A stretch of DNA of 64,000 nt from positions 5,818 through 69,817 of the IMG/VR virus record IMGVR_UViG_3300030060_003348; one strand, given 5' to 3'. Position 1 is the first letter of the stretch; each line of letters begins with the position of its first letter. Origin of the DNA: a virus. The translations under genes and the position numbers were made by a program. The notes under the pieces are model-generated. The model had not been told where the DNA came from and did not search any database. It saw only the letters and a program-made list of their open reading frames with translations. Shown in pieces: positions 1 to 7,182 of this stretch.

Positions 1-1012
1 GGACTTATGGAAGCGTATAGAGCTATCTGGTTCTGGTGAACCTGGTATATATTTTAACCACGACAAAGACTGGGGAACTAATCCTTGTTGTGAAATAGCC
101 TTACGTCCGTATCAGTTTTGTAATTTATGTGAAGTTAATGTAAGTAATATAAAAGATCAAAAAGATCTTAACGATAGAGTTAAAGCTGCTGCGTTTATTG
201 GTACATTACAAGCTGGTTACACAGAGTTTCATTATTTAAGAGAAATATGGCAAGAGACAACAGAACGCGACGCACTTATAGGTGTGTCAATGACAGGAAT
301 AGGGAGTGCCGCTGTGCTCCAGCTGGATATGAAGGAAGCTGCAAATACAGTAAAAAAGGAAAACGCAAGAGTAGCAAAGCTAATTGGAATAAACAAAGCA
401 GCTAGAACTACATGTGTTAAACCTGCAGGTACAACATCTCTTGTGCTTGGAACATCTTCAGGTATTCATGCTTGGCATAATGATTATTATATACGTAGAC
501 TACGTGTAGGTAAAAACGAACCTATATATAAATATCTAAAGAAAAATAATCCTGAGCTTATAGAAGATGAATATTTTAGACCACACGACACTGCTGTAAT
601 TGAAATACCACAGTCAGCACCTAAAGGTTCTATATTAAGAACTGAGTCTGCTTTTGACTTGTTAAAACGTGTAAAAAAAGTTGCTACTGAATGGGTTAAA
701 CCAGGTCATAGAAAAGGTAGTAACACACATAACGTTTCTGCAACTATAAGTTTAAAGAAAGAAGACTGGGACAAAGCTGGTGAGTGGATGTGGAAAAACA
801 GAGAATGTTATAATGGTCTTTCTGTTTTACCATACGATGGTGGAACTTATACTCAAGCTCCTTTTGAGGATATAACTAAAGAACAATTTAACAAAATGGT
901 TGAGTCTCTAAAGTATATCAATTTAACTGATGTTACTGAAGAAGATGACAACACTGATCTATCTGGTGAATTGGCTTGTACCGGTGGATCATGCGAAATA
1001 ACAAGCCTATAA
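1..1012 (+). CDS. nrdJ: Class II (B12-dependent) ribonucleotide reductase, 5'-truncated by the window edge
   Basis: Frame is open from base 2 (DLWKRIELSGSGEPG...TNPCCEI...FCNL); has KPAGTTS and the C-terminal redox pair ACTGGSCEI. Confidence 0.92.
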   Translation, partial: DLWKRIELSGSGEPGIYFNHDKDWGTNPCCEIALRPYQFCNLCEVNVSNIKDQKDLNDRVKAAAFIGTLQAGYTEFHYLREIWQETTERDALIGVSMTGIGSAAVLQLDMKEAANTVKKENARVAKLIGINKAARTTCVKPAGTTSLVLGTSSGIHAWHNDYYIRRLRVGKNEPIYKYLKKNNPELIEDEYFRPHDTAVIEIPQSAPKGSILRTESAFDLLKRVKKVATEWVKPGHRKGSNTHNVSATISLKKEDWDKAGEWMWKNRECYNGLSVLPYDGGTYTQAPFEDITKEQFNKMVESLKYINLTDVTEEDDNTDLSGELACTGGSCEITSL

Positions 1013-1026
1013 CTAAAACAATTATT

Positions 1027-1437
1027 ATGAAAAAAATGTTAATGAGTCTTACTTTAGCTGTACTTTGTACTGTTGGAGTTAATGCTCAAAATCAAGGTGA
1101 CTGGTACATTGGTGCTGGTGACATCGCTAACGTAGCTTGGACTGAATGGTCTGTAGCTCCAACTGTAGGTTACGGGATAACTGACAAGTTGATGGTTGGT
1201 GTAAATGTATCTCAAGCAGATTCAACTGCTGAAATGGTATTAGATGTACATGCAAGATATTTTGTAAAAGGTTTCTTCGCGTATGCTTCTGCTCCAAATA
1301 TGGATACAGATTTACTATCGATTGGTGTTGGTAAAATGTTTACGTTCCACAAAGGAATATACGTTGATCCAAAGGTTGTATACAACACTAACGAGAAAAC
1401 AACTAACTTAATGTTAGGCGTAGGACTGAAATTTTAG
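1027..1437 (+). CDS. Small outer-membrane beta-barrel protein with signal peptide
   Basis: MKKMLMSLTLAVLCTVGVNA signal peptide, alternating amphipathic strands, terminal GVGLKF beta-signal; start moved from 976 to ATG 1027. Confidence 0.75.
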   Translation: MKKMLMSLTLAVLCTVGVNAQNQGDWYIGAGDIANVAWTEWSVAPTVGYGITDKLMVGVNVSQADSTAEMVLDVHARYFVKGFFAYASAPNMDTDLLSIGVGKMFTFHKGIYVDPKVVYNTNEKTTNLMLGVGLKF

Positions 1438-1460
1438 TATTAACTTAAACAATAAAAATT

Positions 1461-1703
1461 ATGGACAAAGTAATGAAGTATTTAACAGGATTTTTTGGTG
1501 GACTAGTATCAATTATGATGGCTATTATACCAGTAACAATTTTGTGGGTATTATTAACAGGATTACCTATTTTCGGAATGGACGTTATAGGAAATTTTAT
1601 GGGAATAGTTGAAGCTTTAGGTAGTGAAGGTTTTACCGGTTTATTAGCTTTAATATTTATCATGTATTTCTTCCTGTGTGATATCTGTGTTAAAGGAAAG
1701 TAA
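1461..1703 (+). CDS. Small inner-membrane protein (2-3 TM segments)
   Basis: 80 aa, mostly hydrophobic, A-rich leader. Confidence 0.7.
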   Translation: MDKVMKYLTGFFGGLVSIMMAIIPVTILWVLLTGLPIFGMDVIGNFMGIVEALGSEGFTGLLALIFIMYFFLCDICVKGK

Positions 1704-1731
1704 ATTATAAATCAATTAAATTAAATTAAAT

Positions 1732-1926
1732 ATGAGTTTTAATAAATTAGATTCGTTATTTGACAGTTTACAAAACTGTATTAACGATTGTCAATCAGAC
1801 GTAACAAAATTTGTAGAGGGAAATAACTCTGCAGGAACGAGAGTTAGAAAGGCAATGCAAGCTGTAAAAGCTTTAGCCCAAGAGGTTAGAGTTGAAGTGC
1901 AAGACCAAAAGAACTCACAATTCTAG
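1732..1926 (+). CDS. Histone H1-like (Hc1-type) small protein
   Basis: KFVEGNNSAGTRVRKAMQAVKALAQEVR resembles the GNKAAGTRARK core of Bacteroidota/Chlamydia Hc1. Confidence 0.7.
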   Translation: MSFNKLDSLFDSLQNCINDCQSDVTKFVEGNNSAGTRVRKAMQAVKALAQEVRVEVQDQKNSQF

Positions 1927-1941
1927 TTATTTGTTTTTATT

Positions 1942-1972
1942 AAGAAAGGGAGCTTAACGGCTCCCTTTTTTT
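1942..1972. terminator. Bidirectional intrinsic terminator
   Basis: AAAGGGAGC-TTAACG-GCTCCCTTT followed by a T run, at the convergence of the + and - arms. Confidence 0.85.
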
Positions 1973-2048
1973 ATATTGCTACTAAAAATATAGTGATCAT
2001 CATTACTATATACACTAGCGGACTAAGATCTAATTGTTTTGTTTCCAT
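1971..2048 (-). CDS. 25-aa single-TM micropeptide (not in the ORF track)
   Basis: METKQLDLSPLVYIVMMITIFLVAI*, directly downstream of a class B promoter motif. Confidence 0.55.
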   Translation of the reverse strand: METKQLDLSPLVYIVMMITIFLVAI

Positions 2049-2054
2049 AATTAT

Positions 2055-2081
2055 ATTATCACTAAACAAAGTAAGTATTTA
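2055..2081 (-). promoter_or_regulatory. Class B phage promoter TAAA-N15-GTGATAAT
   Basis: One of 6 copies with identical spacing, all upstream of genes in the sense orientation. Confidence 0.7.
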
Positions 2082-2142
2082 ATATATAGTATATTAACAA
2101 ATTGTTAAATTATACGCCTTAATTCTTTATCATTAATTTTTA

Positions 2143-2601
2143 TCAACCAATTACAGCGTATTTTGTTTTTCCATTTTCTTTGTATGCTTTTAAACATCTA
2201 TTTCTATTTTTTTCAGGTGATACATAACTAACATGAACCCAATCAGGGTTTCCATCTGTTCCAAACTCCCATATCATTTGATCAAAATCTAATTCACTTT
2301 TTATATAGTAATACATTTCAGCGTTTTTCATACGTCCAAAAGTATCGTCTATATCTATAGCTTGACCTTTACAATGTTGTGACTTGGAACTACCACCAAT
2401 AGCCTTGTTAAGCTCTGGTGATCTAAAAAAACTGTTTACCTTTATTGGTCCACCAACTTCAAGTCGAAGGGGTTCAAATACCTTTTCGGCCAACAGTTTC
2501 ATATTTTCTAACTGCTCTTTATTAGGTTCATTTTCAATACCTAATCTAGTAGCAGTATTACTTTTTATACCTTCTTTATAGCTAATGTGCTTACTTATCA
2601 T
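2143..2601 (-). CDS. Peptidase M15 family endolysin
   Basis: Zn-ligand motifs FRSPELN, SQHCKGQAIDI and WVHVS. Confidence 0.85.
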   Translation of the reverse strand: MISKHISYKEGIKSNTATRLGIENEPNKEQLENMKLLAEKVFEPLRLEVGGPIKVNSFFRSPELNKAIGGSSKSQHCKGQAIDIDDTFGRMKNAEMYYYIKSELDFDQMIWEFGTDGNPDWVHVSYVSPEKNRNRCLKAYKENGKTKYAVIG

Positions 2602-4984
2602 ATCTTAATTTTTTCTCAACAGTACCATCGCTGTATATATATATTAAAACCTTTCTATTAAAATCATTAACAGGTCTACCAAGTATATCTGTAACACCAA
2701 TTAACTCTCTTTTCCCAACTTCGTATCTTTTTGGTAGTGGACCAACATAAGAACTGTCACAATAATCGTAAGTTAATTGACATATACTATCCCACTCGTT
2801 TTCACAACAATATTCATCTACTTCAACTACCCAAGCATAGCAAGGGTCGTTTAACCAGTAAGGATTACCTGGACCAGTAATACAATTAGCATCATATAAA
2901 CAAGATAAAGAATCGTTAACATTAGCAGCTGGTTCGTAGTTATACGCTGATTGATCCATGCAACCCACAACCACTTCGACACACGAACCGTTATCCGTGT
3001 TAGCAAGTGAATCGTAGTTAAGAGCCAAACTATCCATACACCCATAAACATAAGCGATACAACTAAAATCCTCCGTGTTCGCTTGTGGGTTATAATTGAG
3101 CATAGAAGGATCCGTGCAACCATATATAAAAGGTATACAAGAATTGTTATCAGCATTTGCTAGTGGGTTATAATTAAACATTGTGCTATCTGTGCAGCCA
3201 TATACAAACTCTACACAAGATCCGTTATCTGTATTAGCTAACGGGTCAAAATTAAACATTGTAGGGTCTGTACAACCATAAACAATTGCCACACATGAAC
3301 TATCATCAACATTTGCTAATGGATTATAATTAAAAGCGCTTGGATCCATACAGCCCAACACTATAGTTATACAGCTATTGTCGTCTGTGTTAGCAAGTGG
3401 ATCGTAATTTAAAGCTAGTGGATTAGTACAACCATATATAAACGGTATACAAGTACCCGGAGTGTTTGCCAGTGGATTATAGTTTAATGCAAAAGCATCC
3501 ATACAACCTATAACAATTGGAACACAACCTCCATTATCTACGTTAGCACTACTATCATAATTAAAAGCTAAACTATCAGTACAACCAAACATAGCTAATG
3601 TTTCACAACTGTCTTGTATATTAAAATCTGTGTAGTAGGCATTAGCAGTATCAGTGTGATATTCTAAATATGCTGGTGATATACAACCAGGATAATAATA
3701 ACAGTCATCAGCGGTGTTTGCACTATCAATATAATTAAAAGCCAAAGTGTCCAAACAACCTTCTACTATCTCTTCACATATATTACCACAATAAGTCATT
3801 CCTTCATATAGTATAAACGGAACTATAAAAGGAGGCACAACACTTATAGCGGTATCACCTTCTGGACCTATTAAAGTAAACCCACATTCTATTGCTGTTG
3901 ATTGTGCTTGTTGACTAACAAATAGTTTAGCACCAACCTCAGCTGGTGCATACAAATCCAATGAAAAAGCTTGATTAAAGCTATTGTTGTTCATGATAAA
4001 AATAGAAGTATCATCATCTTGATATATCTCCAACCTAGTACCAACCCAACCGTTACCAACAAGATCATGTAGTATTAAATCATAAGAACACTGATCGACG
4101 TACTCCATTGAATTTGCTAATGAATCGTAGTTGTACATTGTGCTATCAGTACAACCATATATTTTTAAAGTTACACAGCTACTGTCATCTATTGTAGCTA
4201 ATGAGTTGTACTCAACATAATCATCATCTGTACAACCATATATCGGAGGAGGTGGTATACAAGTGTCCGACAGAAATACATGACTGGAATCTTGCCCAAA
4301 GTTAGCTTCTGTTCCATAAACTAAGGTATCGCCACACTGTATTACGTAGTAAGAACCATCTTGACCTCCCCATAAACTACCCTCTAAACCATCTCCGTAA
4401 AGATCGTATATAGTAAAAGTTAATTCACCTATAGGTAAACAGTTTACTATTACTTGTGGTTGATAGTCAGGAACATTTGTATAAGGACCTCCTGCTATTA
4501 TAATATTGCCTAAAGTATCTGTAATATCCCAAGAAGTTTCTTCTGGATATTGATCTAAATTAATTAATATGAATGTTTGCTCACATATCGGTGGAGTAGG
4601 TGGTGGTGGTGGTCCGCAGGGTAGTATTGTTATAGTAGTATCCCTTAAATAAAAAGAACCTAATACTGGGTCCCAATTTATTATTGGACCTTGACATAAG
4701 TTACCCATTTTAAAATGAGCTGGTTGATTAGAAATCCAACCATCACCAAAACTATCTGTTAGAGAAACAGTATAATCACCACTCCAAACAGCTATTGTTG
4801 TATCTATATATTCATAAGGTACAGTAGGTTGCCAAAACATAGAAGTATCACCGAGACTGTCACTAACCATAAAAAAGTTAGATTCAGACGGTGCGTAAAA
4901 ATCAAACTGTACTTTGAAGTTAACCCATGAGTCTTGTGCTAATATACTTAGCGGTAATAATAATAGTATTAAAATTTTTTTCAT
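2591..4984 (-). CDS. Secreted acidic Cys-rich repeat protein with T9SS-type C-terminal domain
   Basis: Signal peptide, 13 GC(T/M)D-x-A-x-NY...DDxSC units, C-terminus ELIGVTDILGR...LIYIYSDGTVEKK. Confidence 0.75.
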   Translation of the reverse strand: MKKILILLLLPLSILAQDSWVNFKVQFDFYAPSESNFFMVSDSLGDTSMFWQPTVPYEYIDTTIAVWSGDYTVSLTDSFGDGWISNQPAHFKMGNLCQGPIINWDPVLGSFYLRDTTITILPCGPPPPPTPPICEQTFILINLDQYPEETSWDITDTLGNIIIAGGPYTNVPDYQPQVIVNCLPIGELTFTIYDLYGDGLEGSLWGGQDGSYYVIQCGDTLVYGTEANFGQDSSHVFLSDTCIPPPPIYGCTDDDYVEYNSLATIDDSSCVTLKIYGCTDSTMYNYDSLANSMEYVDQCSYDLILHDLVGNGWVGTRLEIYQDDDTSIFIMNNNSFNQAFSLDLYAPAEVGAKLFVSQQAQSTAIECGFTLIGPEGDTAISVVPPFIVPFILYEGMTYCGNICEEIVEGCLDTLAFNYIDSANTADDCYYYPGCISPAYLEYHTDTANAYYTDFNIQDSCETLAMFGCTDSLAFNYDSSANVDNGGCVPIVIGCMDAFALNYNPLANTPGTCIPFIYGCTNPLALNYDPLANTDDNSCITIVLGCMDPSAFNYNPLANVDDSSCVAIVYGCTDPTMFNFDPLANTDNGSCVEFVYGCTDSTMFNYNPLANADNNSCIPFIYGCTDPSMLNYNPQANTEDFSCIAYVYGCMDSLALNYDSLANTDNGSCVEVVVGCMDQSAYNYEPAANVNDSLSCLYDANCITGPGNPYWLNDPCYAWVVEVDEYCCENEWDSICQLTYDYCDSSYVGPLPKRYEVGKRELIGVTDILGRPVNDFNRKVLIYIYSDGTVEKKLRYDK
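2890..3770 (-). repeat. Tandem coding repeats of about 26 aa (about 78 bp), GCTD type
   Basis: Consecutive YGCTDPxxxNYxPLANxDxxSC units; boundaries approximate. Confidence 0.85.
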
Positions 4985-5280
4985 TATTTTTCTTTGTGTT
5001 TTTTACAAAATGCAGCCGCTGCTTCTCTACTACCAAATCCCCACTTTTTTAAAGCCATAGCATAAGGAGTTGGTTCCCCAGCGTCGTTTTTCATTTTACC
5101 ACCCATACCCGCAAATCTACATGCAAAACTAACTCGACGTTTTCCAGTTCCGCTAGTTTGTCTATCACCTAACGTTTTACCAGTATCGCTTTTATGTTTT
5201 GAACGCATTTTTTTATTACGTTTAGCATAAGCTTTTTCAGTTATTTTTAACGGATCTACAGATTTATTATTATACGCCAT
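4984..5280 (-). CDS. Small basic phage protein (DUF6321-like)
   Basis: RRVSFACRFAGMGG...PTPYAMALKKWG motif. Confidence 0.6.
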   Translation of the reverse strand: MAYNNKSVDPLKITEKAYAKRNKKMRSKHKSDTGKTLGDRQTSGTGKRRVSFACRFAGMGGKMKNDAGEPTPYAMALKKWGFGSREAAAAFCKKHKEK

Positions 5281-5282
5281 AA

Positions 5283-5480
5283 CTAAGCTTTTTTACAACT
5301 ACCTTTAGCACAAGGTTTTGTACCAGGAACTCTTTTATAACCGTCCCAACAGTTACAGTCCTTTGCTTGTAAAGGAGAGTCTTCAATTGCTTGTTTTAAG
5401 TGCCCTGGTAGTTTGTGTTGTTTTCCGATAAGTTTTTTCATTAGTGGGCTTTTCCCCACCATTTTAAAAGGTTTGTACAT
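5283..5480 (-). CDS. Small basic protein with FKM leader and two SPL boxes
   Basis: MYKPFKMVGKSPLMK...DSPLQAKDCNCWDGY; start moved to ATG 5480. Confidence 0.7.
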   Translation of the reverse strand: MYKPFKMVGKSPLMKKLIGKQHKLPGHLKQAIEDSPLQAKDCNCWDGYKRVPGTKPCAKGSCKKA

Positions 5481-5490
5481 ATTATTTGTT

Positions 5491-5817
5491 TTAAAAGTCA
5501 CTCATTAATAATTCATCTATAATTCCTTGCATATCCTTTCTAGTTGCTTTCATGCTAAAAGATATGTCTGCTTGAAATCGTTTTACCTCTTCACCGTCCT
5601 TAAATATTACAACGGTTGGCACTATAACAATTTCATGTTTTTCTTGTAGTTTTGGTGATTTAGCTATGTCTACATAAACTATATCACAGTCTGTTAACTT
5701 ACCTATGTAACTTACTTTATTCGGGTCATTCCACTCGGCATTAAAGTGTGTTACAACAATCTGGGCACTAGCATTTACACTTAGTGCCACAAAAAGTGCT
5801 ATTAGTATTTTTTTCAT
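5491..5817 (-). CDS. Exported thioredoxin-fold protein lacking CxxC
   Basis: Signal peptide, VVTHFNAEWN, VPTVVIFKDGEEVKR. Confidence 0.7.
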   Translation of the reverse strand: MKKILIALFVALSVNASAQIVVTHFNAEWNDPNKVSYIGKLTDCDIVYVDIAKSPKLQEKHEIVIVPTVVIFKDGEEVKRFQADISFSMKATRKDMQGIIDELLMSDF

Positions 5818-5823
5818 TTAATT

Positions 5824-6099
5824 TTATCTTAGTCGATCTATTTTGTCTTCAATACGTCTAATGTCTACTTTTAATTCATCTACAGCTTTTTCTGTATTTT
5901 CTATAGACTGACGTACATTAACGTCTTTCATGTTAAACTCCATTCTAGTTACGTCAGGTTTAGGCAACTCTTTAGCTTCAGCTATATCAGCCTGTAAAGC
6001 AAACCACATTCCTATTATTGCCGCCATAGCGAAACCTACAGCTATCATTGTTTTTATACTAACCGTAAAGCCAGTATTTTCATTTAATTCTTTTGCCAT
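5824..6099 (-). CDS. Single-TM protein with C-terminal coiled coil
   Basis: Hydrophobic segment followed by heptad-rich tail. Confidence 0.7.
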   Translation of the reverse strand: MAKELNENTGFTVSIKTMIAVGFAMAAIIGMWFALQADIAEAKELPKPDVTRMEFNMKDVNVRQSIENTEKAVDELKVDIRRIEDKIDRLR

Positions 6100-7148
6100 T
6101 ATCTTATTATGTAATTTATCCCTAACTTAAAGTCATACCACTCTCTATTCCAATACTTGTTATATTTACCTTCTGTAAAAACACCTAATCTTTTACTTAA
6201 CTTTGTGCCAAAAATTATACCACCAGAATAATCATACCATTGACCACCATTAAAATTGTGATAAGAAAATTCACCACCTTGATCAACGTGCCAAGGCATT
6301 AAATTACCCCAAGCATGTGTCCAAAATGATTTTGTGTAATGATAGTAATCAAAACCAACAACTATAGAATGTTGTATCATTAAGTCTAAAGCGTCTCTTT
6401 TCTTTTGAGTGTAATTAGCTAAAACAGTTGGTATAACAATTTCTTCCCACACCTCTACGTTTGTAGCCACTAGGTTTCCATTTGGATCAAAATACTCAGA
6501 ATTAAAAACATCAACGTTATATCCCTCTTGCAATGCTAAGTAAGTATAGTGTATATCTCCATTGTCTAATTTCCACTCTTCTAAAGGATCATAACCGTAA
6601 GGCTCAGAAAGCCTTTGTGCAGCTCCAATATTAAAAGAAAGCTTGTTGCTAACTTTATACCTATACCTTTCAGACGTTTCAAAGTATTTAATATCAGCAA
6701 AGCCATCTTCTAAATATTCACCCTTTAATATATACTTGTCATCAACAAACCTAACAAAATGGTGTTGATCAACATATTCATTACCTTGTTGTCTTGTGTA
6801 ATCTATTTCAAATAAAAACTCCAAACCTTTTACTTTACCAACATTTGCACCATCAGACCAAGATGTTTCTGTGCCATCGTAAAATGTTTGCGCTTTATTC
6901 TCGTAACCAAATCTAGCAATTTTTCTAACACCAAAAGCAACGTTGTAATCAAAAGGGGTTTTTACAGTTGATGTCTCCAACCCGTTAGTAACGGAAAATG
7001 TTTCAACATCAGATATAGAAGTACCACCACTTGCAGCTCCATAAAAGGTTGCAAATTTAAAATACTTCTTAAAATCTTGTGAGCAACACTCTTTTGGTGC
7101 GGCACAAGATACCAACAAAGTTAGCAATACTACTATTAGTTTATTCAT
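6099..7148 (-). CDS. Probable outer-membrane barrel or lipoprotein
   Basis: LLVS-C lipobox-like signal, aromatic-rich beta strands, C-terminal FKLGINYIIR. Confidence 0.6.
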   Translation of the reverse strand: MNKLIVVLLTLLVSCAAPKECCSQDFKKYFKFATFYGAASGGTSISDVETFSVTNGLETSTVKTPFDYNVAFGVRKIARFGYENKAQTFYDGTETSWSDGANVGKVKGLEFLFEIDYTRQQGNEYVDQHHFVRFVDDKYILKGEYLEDGFADIKYFETSERYRYKVSNKLSFNIGAAQRLSEPYGYDPLEEWKLDNGDIHYTYLALQEGYNVDVFNSEYFDPNGNLVATNVEVWEEIVIPTVLANYTQKKRDALDLMIQHSIVVGFDYYHYTKSFWTHAWGNLMPWHVDQGGEFSYHNFNGGQWYDYSGGIIFGTKLSKRLGVFTEGKYNKYWNREWYDFKLGINYIIR

Positions 7149-7154
7149 ACTTTA

Positions 7155-7182
7155 TAAATCACTTGTAAATTTCAAATTTTAC
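7155..7182 (-). promoter_or_regulatory. Class B phage promoter GTAAA-N15-GTGATTTA
   Basis: Conserved spacing; ATG 14 nt after the first G of the downstream box. Confidence 0.7.

Noticed and set aside
2890-3770. 78-bp repeats as a DGR template/variable pair or DNA-level array
   Set aside because: Variation is largely synonymous or conservative within one frame, and no reverse transcriptase is present in the window.
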